Origin: an uncultured Gemmatimonadales bacterium
Lineage (GTDB): Bacteria > Gemmatimonadota > Gemmatimonadetes > Gemmatimonadales > GWC2-71-9
Reading direction: 5' to 3'
DNA: 64,000 nt
NCBI GenBank assembly: GCA_963739455.1
Contig: CAVUAK010000001.1
Coordinates: 2,240,001 to 2,304,000, forward strand
Of this stretch, positions 31,549-43,040 are shown piece after piece. Both the position numbers and the translations under genes were made by a program. The notes under the pieces are model-generated. The model ran no database searches, was not told the DNA's origin, and saw only the letters and a program-made list of their open reading frames with translations. Position 1 is the first letter of the stretch; each line of letters starts with the position of its first letter.

Positions 31549-32771
31549 GTGTTCCGCGAGTTCTTCGCGGACATCCGCACCCAGAAGCTCCGCACCTCCC
31601 TCACCGTCCTCGGCATTGCCTGGGGGACGGTGGCGGTGGTGGTGCTGCTGGCATTCGGGGCAGGGCTCGAGCGGCAGACGAAGAAGCGCTTTCACGGGCT
31701 GGGCGACCGGATCGTGATCCTGTTCGGTGGACAGTACCACCAAGGCCTTCGCCGGGTTCCCCAACGGGCGCGATATCCAGCTCACCGAGGACGACGCGAC
31801 GCTGCTGCGGCGCGAGGTGGCCGAGATCGCGCAGATCTCGCCGGAGTACATCTCGCGCTCGACGCGGGTGCACCGCGGCCTCAAGGCGGCGAACCCGGCC
31901 GTGACCGGCATCCTGCCGGAGTACGGCGACATGCGGAACATCATCCCGCAGGCCGGGGGACGGTTCATCAACGAGCAGGACGTGGCAGAGCGCCGGCGCG
32001 TGGCGGTGCTGGGTGACGAACTCGCCACCTTGCTCTTCGACGACACGCCCGCCGGTCGGGGAGCAGATCTATCGTGGGCGACACGCCGTTCACCGTCATC
32101 GGCGTGATGAAGCCCAAGCTGCAGAACTCCTCCTACCAGCAGCGGGACAAGGACCGGATCTTCATCCCGTCCACGACCCACTACGCGCTCTACGGGCGCC
32201 GCTTCCTCAACAACATCGTGTACCGCGCGAAGAGCTCGGAGCTGACCAAGGTGGCGGAGAAGCGGGTGTACGAGACGCTGGGCCGGAAGTACCGCTTCGA
32301 CCCGACAGATGAGGATGCGCTCGGCGTGTGGGATACGAGCGAGTGGGAGACGCGCTTCGGCGCCATGTTCGTGGCGTTCAACGCCTTCTTCGGCATCGTC
32401 GGCACGTTCACGCTGCTGGTGGGCGGGATCGGCGTCGCCAACATCATGTACATCGTGGTGCGGGAGCGCACGCGCGAGATCGGGATTCGCCGCGCCGTCG
32501 GTGCCACGCGGCGAGACATCCTCATCCAGTTCTTCGTCGAGACCTGCCTGATCGTCGGGATCGGCGCCGTGTGCGGCATGCTCCTGTCTCGTCGGCTTGG
32601 TGAAGGCGACGGAGAGCCTGCCGATCAAGGATGCGGTAGGCAGCCCGGTGATCTCGCCGCTCGTCATGGCGGGTCACCCTCGTGCTGCTCGCCGTGGTGG
32701 CCTTCGTGGCGGGCCTGTTCCCGGCTCGCAAGGCCTCGCGCCTGGACCCGATCGAAGCGCTGCGGACCTGA
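31549..32771 (+). CDS. MacB/FtsX-like ABC transporter permease (several frameshifts)
   Basis: KLRTSLTVLGIAWG, GRFINEQD, GGIGVANIMYIVVRERTREIGIRRAVGA, LDPIEALR. Confidence 0.87.
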
Positions 32772-32774
32772 TCG

Positions 32775-34028
32775 ATGTTTCGCATCCTGCTGGAAGAGTT
32801 TCTCGGCGACCTGAAGGCCCAGCGCACCCGCGCCATCCTGACCTTCCTGGCGGTGGCCTGGGGCGCGCTGGCGATCGTGCTGCTGCTGGCCTTTGGCGAG
32901 GGGCTCAAGCGCTCGCTGCGTGAACGGCCTGCTCGGTGCCGGCGAGCGCATTTTCATGATCTACGGTGGCGAGACGAGCAAGACATTCGCAGGGCTGGCG
33001 CAGGGGCGCCGGATCCGGCTGGTGGAGGAGGACCTGCCGCTCCTGATGAGTGCGATTCCGGGCATCGACCGCGGAAGCGTCTCCTACGGACGGTGGGGTG
33101 CGGCCATCTCGGTGGGGCGGGAGCGTACGACGACGTTCCTGGAAGGTGTGGCGCCGGACCACGAAGTGGCGCGACACATGGAGGCCGCCGAGGGTGGGCG
33201 GTTCATCAGCGGCCATCGACGTGGCCCAGAAGCGGCGCGTGGTGTTCCTGGGCAATGACCTGGCGGACAAGCTGTTCGGGAAGGGCAACAGCCCGATCGG
33301 GAAGAACGTGACCATCGATGGCCTGCCGTTCGTGTGCATCGGCGTGCTGAAGAAGAAGTTCCAGGACTCGAGCAACAACGGCCCGGACGCCGACCGCGCG
33401 GTGATCCCGTACTCCACGTTTCGCACGATCTACGGGTTCCGGTACGTGAACCACCTCATCGTGCGTCCGCGTGACGCGACGCTGGGACCGACGCGTGAAG
33501 GCGGAGATCTTCCGGGTGCTGGGCCAGAAGTACCGATTCGACCCCACTGATGAGCGTGCACTGGGCATGTGGGACTTCATCGAGGGGGAGAAGGAGAACC
33601 TCAAGGTCGGGCTCGGGATCCAGATCTTCATGGGCCTGGTGGGTGCCTTCACGCTGCTGGTGGCCGGGGTCGGCGTTGCCAACATCATGTACGTGGTGGT
33701 GAAGGAGCGGACGCACGAGATCGGCGTGAAGCTGGCGCTTGGCGCGCGGAAGCGGCACATCATGAGCCAGTTCATGTTCGAGGCGATGGCGATCTCGATC
33801 ACCGGGGGGCTGGTGGGGCTGGCGGTGGCGGCGGCGATCGTGGCGGGGGTGGATACGATCCCGGCCGAGGAGAACCCGGCGATGCAGTACATCCTCAACC
33901 CGCGGCTGTCGTGGCCGATCGCGCTCGGGTGCGTGGGGCTGCTCGTGGTGGTCGGGCTGGTGGCGGGGATCCTGCCGGCCAGGAAGGCGGCGGCGGTGGA
34001 TCCGGTCGAGTCGTTGAGGTACGAGTAG
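32775..34028 (+). CDS. Second MacB/FtsX-like ABC transporter permease (several frameshifts)
   Basis: RAILTFLAVAWG, GVGVANIMYVVVKERTHEIGVKLALGA, PARKAAAVDPVESLRYE. Confidence 0.87.
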
Positions 34029-34068
34029 GCAGTCGGTCAGTGGTCAGTCGGCAGTGAGGCGGTCAGTG
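34029..34068 (+). repeat. Degenerate (G/T)CAGT(C/G)G heptamer array immediately after stop codon
   Basis: GCAGTCG-GTCAGTG-GTCAGTC-GGCAGTG-AGGCG-GTCAGTG; related degenerate copy at about 6005-6032. Confidence 0.7.
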
Positions 34069-34110
34069 CGCGCGGTGGCGGCGCTGCGGCACCGTGGTTA
34101 GGATGCTGCC

Positions 34111-36396
34111 GTGATCTCTCGCACCCATCTGCTGGTTCGTCGCGCCATTGTCGTTGTCGTTCCTTTCGCTTGCTGCCGCGTGTGGCGAGCGGGGCGCGTC
34201 GTCTCCTGCTGCCGTCGCTGACAACTGCGCGGTACGTGGGTGGGGCGGCGTGCATCAACTGTCACCAGGAGGAGCACAACGCCTGGGTGACCTCGCAGCA
34301 TGCCGGCGCGATGAAGCATGCCGCCGATTCCTCGGTCCTGGGCAATTTCAACAACACCAGCTTCAACGACGGCCGGGTCACCACGCGGTTCTCGCGGCGC
34401 GACGGCAAGTTCATCGTCAACACCGAGGGACCCGACGGCAAGCTGCACGACTACGAGGTGAAGTACACGTTCGGCCTCTATCCCCTCCAGCAGTACCTCA
34501 TCGACATCGACAACGGCCGGATCCAGTCGCTCACCATCGCGTGGGACAGCCGTGAGAAGGCGGCGGGTGGCCAGCGGTGGTTCTCGCTCTATCCGGGAGA
34601 GAAGATCCTGCCGGGAGAGTCCGTCCATTGGACGGGGCGGGACCAGAACTGGAACTTCATGTGCGCCGAGTGCCATTCCACCAACGTCAAGAAGAACTTC
34701 GACCCCACCCAGCCCCGATTCACCACGTCGTGGGGCGACATCAACGTGAACTGCGAGGCGTGTCATGGGGCGGGGTCGGCGCATGTGGAATGGGCGGGGA
34801 AGGCGGGGAAGGCGGGAGGGAGGGCGGCGGGTGAAATGGGGCTGGTTGTCGAGTTCGATGAGCGGGCCGGGGTGACGTGGCCGATTGATTCGGCAACGGG
34901 AATCGGCGTGCGCAGCAGCCCGCGACGCACCGACAAGGAGATCGAGACCTGCGGCCTCTGCCATGCGCGCCGGGCCCAGCTGAAGGACGGCTATGTGCCG
35001 GGGCAGTCGCTCGGCACGACGGCCCAGGTGGCGCTGCTGGAGCCGGGGCTGTTCTGGCCCGACGGGCAGATGCGTGACGAGGTCTACAACTACGCCCCAT
35101 TCCTGCAGAGCAAGATGTATCGCGCGGGTGTCACCTGCAGCGACTGTCACGATCCACACACGCAGCAGCTGCGGGCGCCGGGGTCACAGGTGTGCCTGCA
35201 GTGTCATGCGAAAGAGCGGTTCGAGGGTCCGCAGCACGATCACCACCCGGCCGGCACCGCAAAGGTGGACTGCGTGAGCTGTCACATGCCGTCTGCGACC
35301 TTCATGGTGATCGACTCACGGCACGACCACAGCTTCCGGGTGCCGCGACCGGAGCAGACGGTGCGGTTCGGCGCGCCCAACACCTGCAACCAGTGCCACC
35401 GGGACCAGTCGGCCGCAGTGGGCGGCGGACCAGGTGGCGAAGTGGTATGGGCATGCCCCGGAGGGCTACCAGCGCTACGCCCAGGCGCTGTACGACTCGG
35501 AGCAGCACCTGCCGGGTTCGCTGGCGCGGCTCACCGGGCTTGCAGGCGACACGCTGCAGCCGGCGATCGCGCGGGCGACGGCGGTGAGCCGGCTGGCCGG
35601 AGTATCAGTCACCCAGCGCGGTCTCGGCGGCGGAGGCGGTGCTGTCCGACCGGAGCTCGCTGCTGCGCTCAGCGGCGGTGACGGCGCTCGAGAGCGCCGA
35701 ACCGGCGGAGCGAGTGCGGCTGCTGGCGCCGAGGCTGTCCGATTCGATCCTGGCCGTTCGGATCGATGCCGCGCGCGCGCTTGCCGGGCTGGAGCAGCAG
35801 TTGCCGGATTCGGCGAAGGCGGCGTTCGGCAAGGCGCTGCAGGAATACATCGACGTCCAGATGTTCAACGCGGACCGGCCGGAGTCGTGGACCAACCTGG
35901 CCACGGTGTACGCCATGCGGGGGGATCGCGCACGGGCGGCGGATGCCTTCGGCCGGGCGATCGCGCTCGACTCGAGCTTCGTGCCGGCGTGGGTGAACCT
36001 GGCGGACTTCCTGCGGGCGACGCGGCGACGAGGCCGGCGCTGGTGCGGCGCTGCGAGACGGCCTCAGGCACAGCCCCGACAATGCATCGCTGCACTACGC
36101 GCTGGGCCTGACGCTCATCCGGCAGCGGCAGCTACCGGGTGCGCTGGCCGAGCTCAAGACGGCAGTCCGGCTGGCACCCGACGACGCGCACATCGGCTAC
36201 GTGTACGGGGTGGCCCTGCACGACACCGGGAACGCGGCGGCGGGAGTGAAGCAGCTCGAGGCGGTGCTCAAGCAGCATCCCGATGATCCTGCAGGTGCTT
36301 CAGGCGCTGGCGGCCTACGCCAAGGAGGCTGGGGACGTGCAGGCGTCGGTGGCGTATTCCGCGAGACTGCAGGAGCTCAGCGCGAAGGGACCGTGA
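34111..36396 (+). CDS. Octaheme c-type cytochrome with C-terminal HEAT/TPR repeats, probable lipoprotein (about six frameshifts; start uncertain)
   Basis: Eight CxxCH motifs: CINCH, CAECH, CEACH, CGLCH, CSDCH, CLQCH, CVSCH, CNQCH; lipobox-like SLAAACG; TPR-like AWVNLAD and LHYALGL. Confidence 0.85.
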
Positions 36397-36404
36397 CACC
36401 TGCA

Positions 36405-36418
36405 GGGAACAGGGAACG
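36405..36418 (+). repeat. (GGGAAC[A/G])2 heptamer pair between convergent genes
   Basis: GGGAACA-GGGAACG 8 nt after the cytochrome stop. Confidence 0.6.
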
Positions 36419-36421
36419 AGC

Positions 36422-37711
36422 TCAGAAGATCCACTGGAGTCGGGTGAGCAGGATGCCAGTCCACCCCTCGATGTTGTCCTGGTCCTGGTTCACCGTGCCG
36501 TAGCCCAGTGCCACCTTCCAGCGCCGGGTCGCCCACCAGTTGACAGCGAAGTACCATTGCTGGAACGCACCGCCCTGCACGTCCCGGTCGTTGAAATCCA
36601 CCGTCCCGTACCGCGCCATCAATTCCACCTCACCGTGCTTGTGCGTGATCGGCACCCGGCGGGCGTAGCCGACCTTGCGGTCATAGGGTCGGGGGCCACC
36701 ACCCGTGATCATCCAGCTCCCCGCGACGTACCAGCCATTGGCCGAGGCGTGCTGTGCGGTGGCGATCCAGGCCTGGTTGTACTCGGCCAGGACGGAGAAG
36801 GGCCCGTCGGCCCAGAGCGCCTCGAACCCGAGGTGCCAGGCGTAGTCGGCGGGTATCAGGCCGGTGTTGATGTAGAAGGTGGCCACGTTCGACTGAGGCT
36901 GGCCGCGGAACTGCAGCGAGTCGTTGCCCGCGCCGTTGTAGCGTGCTGCGACGGCCAGGTGCAGGTAGCGGTGGCTCTTTTCGTTCCAGAGCGGGAGTGT
37001 CGTAATACGCGCGGAGAACTGCTGGCCGCTGCTGTTCCAGGTGGTCGGTGTAATCCACCAGTCGTTGTACCAGCCGACGGCCCAGGTGGCGCGCTCGCCG
37101 AATGCGGTATTCATGAGCTTGACGCCAATGTCTCGCGTCTTGAAGAACGGCTGCAGGACCCGCTCGGTCTGCGGGAGGTTGGCTGCGTCGCCCACCATTT
37201 CATAGTCGAAGGTCTGCTTCGTCTTGCCGAACGTCAGGTCGCCAAGGTGCCGTCCGAGGTTCACGGTGAGGTTCAGGTCGGCGACCTGCCAGTCGGGCTG
37301 GCCGGGCTGCTGGGCAAAGCCCCGGTACTGCAGGCTGACCTGGTATCGCCAGTCGGTGAGCACGCGCGCATGGCCGCGGGCCATGAACCGGAAGTCGCGG
37401 ACCTGGAACTGGTCTGCCTGCACACCCTGCTGGGTGATGCTGTTCTCGTTCTGGCTGAACGCCGTGTAGTCGAGGAGGATGGCCAGGCCGAACTTGATCG
37501 AGAAGTTATCGGTCTTGACGTTCGCCTTGGTGAGGATCCCGTCAGGAACGTCGGGCACGATGGTGCTGACCGGCGGAGCAGGGGGAATGCCGTGCGCGGG
37601 GTCGGATTCCCAGGACTGGGCTGCTGCGACCGCAACGCACGCCAAGGTGAGCGTTGCGCACAGCGCACTGACCCGCCACACATGGTGCCAAGGCCTTCCA
37701 ACCCGGTTCAT
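36422..37711 (-). CDS. OprO/OprP-like anion-selective porin
   Basis: Signal peptide, amphipathic beta strands, RDIGVK, YLHLAVA, GWYVAGSWMITG, ELMARY, terminal TRLQWIF. Confidence 0.75.
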   Translation of the reverse strand: MNRVGRPWHHVWRVSALCATLTLACVAVAAAQSWESDPAHGIPPAPPVSTIVPDVPDGILTKANVKTDNFSIKFGLAILLDYTAFSQNENSITQQGVQADQFQVRDFRFMARGHARVLTDWRYQVSLQYRGFAQQPGQPDWQVADLNLTVNLGRHLGDLTFGKTKQTFDYEMVGDAANLPQTERVLQPFFKTRDIGVKLMNTAFGERATWAVGWYNDWWITPTTWNSSGQQFSARITTLPLWNEKSHRYLHLAVAARYNGAGNDSLQFRGQPQSNVATFYINTGLIPADYAWHLGFEALWADGPFSVLAEYNQAWIATAQHASANGWYVAGSWMITGGGPRPYDRKVGYARRVPITHKHGEVELMARYGTVDFNDRDVQGGAFQQWYFAVNWWATRRWKVALGYGTVNQDQDNIEGWTGILLTRLQWIF

Positions 37712-37790
37712 GATCCCTCATAGCTGAAAGTGATGAAGGCTTCACGATCGGTTGGCGGAGGAAAATTGACCATTGAACCTTGGGGTCATG

Positions 37791-37832
37791 AAAAGCAGTG
37801 CGCCGGCTGCCTGGGGGGCAGCCGGCGCACTG
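37791..37832 (-). terminator. Intrinsic terminator after sulfatase 3
   Basis: Perfect 16-bp stem CAGTGCGCCGGCTGCC/GGCAGCCGGCGCACTG, followed by CTTTT on the minus strand. Confidence 0.8.
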
Positions 37833-37853
37833 GCATTCGCTTCCGGTCCTAGA

Positions 37854-39476
<1,623 letters not shown>

Positions 39477-39543
39477 ACTCGCTCCGATCGTGGTCTGTTC
39501 GATACGCACAGGGACCTCGTTCAGCAACTGCTCCCGCTCGGCA

Positions 39544-39924
39544 TCAAGCAAGCGCCTTTGCCTTCAGCTTCTGGAACTCGTCCTGCGTGATGGTTCCGTC
39601 ACCCAGGAGTGCCTTCGCCCGGGCAATCTGGTCGGCCGGTGAGGTGCCGGCCAACTCCTTGATGTAGTCCTCCTGATGGGACCGAACCTTCTGCATCGCT
39701 GCGCGCTGGCGCTCGGCCATGCCCCTGCCGCGCGCAACCAGGTAAATGAGCGCGGTGATGATCGGAAGGAAGATGAGCCCGATGATCCAGAGCGCCTTGC
39801 TGCCCCCGCCGAGTTCATGGTCGCGGAAGATGTCGGCAATGATGTGGAACATGACCATCAGGTACGCGATGAAGATGAAGATCTCGAAGAGGAACCATGT
39901 GGCGCTGAGGAAGCTGGCGAACAT
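39544..39924 (-). CDS. PLDc_N-like two-helix membrane protein with C-terminal SHOCT domain
   Basis: DIFRDHELGGGSKALW...IYLVARG and ADQIARAKALLGDGTITQDEFQKLKAKAL. Confidence 0.85.
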   Translation of the reverse strand: MFASFLSATWFLFEIFIFIAYLMVMFHIIADIFRDHELGGGSKALWIIGLIFLPIITALIYLVARGRGMAERQRAAMQKVRSHQEDYIKELAGTSPADQIARAKALLGDGTITQDEFQKLKAKALA

Positions 39925-39933
39925 CGGAGCTCC

Positions 39934-39968
39934 GGGAACAGGGAACAAGGAACAGGGAACAGGGAACA
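39934..39968. repeat. (GGGAACA)5 heptamer array, read as TGTTCCC on the coding (minus) strand just before a start codon
   Basis: Four perfect units and one AGGAACA. Confidence 0.95.
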
Positions 39969-39979
39969 GGAGGTGGAGG

Positions 39980-41461
39980 CTAATGCGGTCCGGCTCGGGC
40001 CGCCAACTCGCTGGCATCGATCCAGGCGTCCACTCGCTGGAGCAGGTAGGGGAAGAACGGGTTGGAGCTGAGGCGCATGGTGGACTCGGCGTTGAGCACG
40101 AGCACGCCCACCTCACCGCGAAGGCCGAGTGTTCCCAGCCGAATGCCGTAGTCCTCGGAGAGGTCGGGCTCGAGGCCGAGCATGGGATCGGTGACCGGGA
40201 ACGGCAGCGCAAGATGCGACAGGGAGAACACCGACGCCGGGTAGGCGAGACCGATCGGATACTGGTGGCTGGTGGTGTCGCCAGCCGGCGTGTCCTGGTC
40301 CACCATGCTCACCTCTGTCGGCGCGGCATTGACGATGACCGAGGTGCGATAGCGCCGCGGTGCCGGCGGGAGGAGGCGATCGAGCGCGCTCTCGGCCGAT
40401 GGGCGGATCAGCGGGCCGAAGTTGACACTTCGATTGATGTCGAAGAGGACCAGTTCGCTGCCGTTGGCCGGGAGCTGATTGTAGAGCATCGACACGATCG
40501 CGGGGGTGCTGACCGTGAAGTCGACCACGGACTGAAAGGTGAGGACCGGTGGGAGGCTGTCGAGGCGGCCGGCGGCCGAGTACTCCACGAACCGGCGCTG
40601 GAGCACGCGGGTGAGGAGGTGCGACTGAACCGCACCATTCACCGGGAACGAGTTGTACTTGAACGGGTTGAACTCGGGTGTGATGCTCAGCCACGCGGCC
40701 TTGGCGAAGGGTGGCAGGATCGAGGGCCACCCCGCGACGCCGGCGAACCGGGCCATGGCGGTGATGCCGATCATGGGGCCGATGAGCACGATGCGATCGG
40801 CGCGAGCCAGTTGCGGATCCCCCAGTGCGTCGAGCGAATACTTCATGGCGAGCGCGCCGCCATTGGAGAAGCCGACCAGTTGCAGCGGCAGGGGCGCCGG
40901 CACGCGGCGGCGGGCCTCGCGTACCGCCATGCGGGTCGCCGCCAGCCAGTCCTGCCACTTCACATGTGACAGGCCGGATGGGACGGTGCCATGACCGGGG
41001 AGCCGGATGGCCAGCACGAGGAACCCGCGCGCACGGTAGTGCTGGCCAATGAACCGCAGGCTGTAGGGGGAATCGGTAAGCCCATGCAGGAGCACGACGA
41101 CGCCGACCGGCGGGCCGTCGGGTTCCAGCACATACGAGCGGTTCCAGTCGACAGCGAACCGGCCGGGGTAGACCGGGCTGCCATCGAAGTAGCGATTGAA
41201 GGGGACGCGGGCTTCGGGCTTGAGCTTCAGCGTGACGTTGTCATGCACGGCAACAAACAGGGAATCCTCGGCCCGGACGTACTCAGCCCACTCGAGTCCG
41301 TCGATGTCGTCGGCGCGAAGATCCCTGGGTATATAGGTGTGCCACAACTCGAGTGGCGGGCCACGTACGGCATCCCACGCCGTCACGCCGAACAGCATCG
41401 TGAGCAGCACCGCCACCACCACGAGCCCGAGCGCGAGGAGGCGCTTGATCCACCTTCTCAC
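39980..41461 (-). CDS. Membrane-anchored alpha/beta hydrolase (esterase/lipase-like)
   Basis: LLHGLTDSPYS, RLPGHG, nucleophile elbow GFSNGG, SLSHLA; N-terminal TM. Confidence 0.85.
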   Translation of the reverse strand: MRRWIKRLLALGLVVVAVLLTMLFGVTAWDAVRGPPLELWHTYIPRDLRADDIDGLEWAEYVRAEDSLFVAVHDNVTLKLKPEARVPFNRYFDGSPVYPGRFAVDWNRSYVLEPDGPPVGVVVLLHGLTDSPYSLRFIGQHYRARGFLVLAIRLPGHGTVPSGLSHVKWQDWLAATRMAVREARRRVPAPLPLQLVGFSNGGALAMKYSLDALGDPQLARADRIVLIGPMIGITAMARFAGVAGWPSILPPFAKAAWLSITPEFNPFKYNSFPVNGAVQSHLLTRVLQRRFVEYSAAGRLDSLPPVLTFQSVVDFTVSTPAIVSMLYNQLPANGSELVLFDINRSVNFGPLIRPSAESALDRLLPPAPRRYRTSVIVNAAPTEVSMVDQDTPAGDTTSHQYPIGLAYPASVFSLSHLALPFPVTDPMLGLEPDLSEDYGIRLGTLGLRGEVGVLVLNAESTMRLSSNPFFPYLLQRVDAWIDASELAARAGPH

Positions 41462-41477
41462 GCCGGACTCAGGGGCA

Positions 41478-42083
41478 TCAACTCTTCGTTACGCTGAGCG
41501 CCACGCCTTCGGTGACCAGTGCGTTCACCTGGTCGCCCACCGAGACGCCGGCGAGGTTGGCACCCTTGCCGAGCTTGTAGGTCTGCGGCTTCCCGCTGTC
41601 GAACGCGAGCGTGACCTTGCCCTTCGCCTGGTCGATTGCCGTGATCGTGGCGGTGACCGCCACGGTGGCGACCGCAATACCGCCGGGCTTGGCACCCACC
41701 GGCGACAGGACGGCGCCGGCGGCGGCTGCGGAGGCCGGCGGACCGCCATTCTTCGACAGCCAGATCACCGCCTGTTCAGTGACCACAGCATTCACGTGAT
41801 CGCCGACTGCCAGCTGGTTGAAGTTGACCATGTCGGGCGTGGCCTTGAACGTGGTCTTCTTCCCGTCGGGGAACTCGAGCGTGACCTTGCGGTCCTTGGT
41901 GTTCAGCGCGCTGACGGTCGCCGAGGACGTGAAGGTCTCGACCACCTCGGCGCCACCGCCCGGAACCGCGGCGACTGCGACCGACTCGTCGCCCTGTACC
42001 TTGGACCCGCCGCAGGCGGCCAGCGCCACCGCGATAGCGGGGAACAGCGCCAGCGTCCCAGCGTACTTCATGCTCGTCTTCAT
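41478..42083 (-). CDS. Lipoprotein with two internal OB-fold-like repeats
   Basis: Lipobox LAAC; duplicated pattern ATVSALN..RKVTL..LAVGDHVNAVVTE / ATITAID..GKVTL..VSVGDQVNALVTE. Confidence 0.75.
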   Translation of the reverse strand: MKTSMKYAGTLALFPAIAVALAACGGSKVQGDESVAVAAVPGGGAEVVETFTSSATVSALNTKDRKVTLEFPDGKKTTFKATPDMVNFNQLAVGDHVNAVVTEQAVIWLSKNGGPPASAAAAGAVLSPVGAKPGGIAVATVAVTATITAIDQAKGKVTLAFDSGKPQTYKLGKGANLAGVSVGDQVNALVTEGVALSVTKS

Positions 42084-42151
42084 GACTCATCGACTCCTTC
42101 AACAAGGTTGGCTGTTTCCTGGTAGCAAGGTAGCAGGCTCATGTGCGCCTG

Positions 42152-42979
42152 TCAGTCGCCCGCGACATCGAGCGCGGTCCATACCGCGCGATGATCGCTC
42201 GTGGCCAGGGCCTCCCTGATCGAGGCGGACCTGACGCCGCGGGGTTCGAGGCCCCGCAGGAAGACATGGTCGAATGACCAGACATGATGCGTGCGGCCGA
42301 CGTTGCGGGTGAGCCAGTGGTACCCCGCATGGGCAAAGATTCTTCCTGCGCCCATCCGGTTGAGGTCCCCGGCGATGAGCACGGGATCGGGACTGGTGGC
42401 TGCATCGTCCACCACCGCCTGGGCCTGGGCATCCTGTCCCCGGGGCAGCATCTCCCACATCGTGCTCAGGTGGATGCTGTACACGCGGAGCCGGAGGCCG
42501 CGCACCAGGATCGTCGCGCGCACGGCGATGCGGCGTGACCCGCGGGTCCATCCCCGCCCGGGGAGGAGGACCTTGCCGTCGTCCACGATCGGCCAGCGGC
42601 TCAGGATCGCGGGCCCGAAGTTCCGCCCCGTCAGCGGGTGAAGCATCGAGGGGTAGTAGACGTAGTGGTCGCCCAGCAGGCGTGCAGCGCGGTCAACGAT
42701 TTCCTCGTCGGCCTCCTGCAGTGCCAGGATGTCGGCGCCGCCAAGGTGCTGATCCCGCTCGAGCAGGTCCAGCACGGCCTCGGGCCGCTTCACCAGTTCC
42801 ACGTTATACGTGGCGACGCGCAGCTGGTCACCACCGGCGCGCCCGTCGCCATTCCGCGTGGGGCCGGCATGCGCGAAACGCGGGCCCCCCACTCCTGCGT
42901 AGTTGTGGGACTGTCTCCAGCCCATCGGCAGCGGCCGGCCGGCGACGCCCCGCTGCCAACGATGAGATTCGTTGCCCAT
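42152..42979 (-). CDS. Endonuclease/exonuclease/phosphatase family protein (start uncertain)
   Basis: VATYNV, LALQE, AILSRWP, IAGDLN, FDHVF, SDHRAV. Confidence 0.85.
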   Translation of the reverse strand: MGNESHRWQRGVAGRPLPMGWRQSHNYAGVGGPRFAHAGPTRNGDGRAGGDQLRVATYNVELVKRPEAVLDLLERDQHLGGADILALQEADEEIVDRAARLLGDHYVYYPSMLHPLTGRNFGPAILSRWPIVDDGKVLLPGRGWTRGSRRIAVRATILVRGLRLRVYSIHLSTMWEMLPRGQDAQAQAVVDDAATSPDPVLIAGDLNRMGAGRIFAHAGYHWLTRNVGRTHHVWSFDHVFLRGLEPRGVRSASIREALATSDHRAVWTALDVAGD

Positions 42980-43040
42980 AGGACGGACAATCTATTCGAG
43001 GCTCCAAGCGTGGCGCCTCCTCCCGTATATTCGGTGGCCC

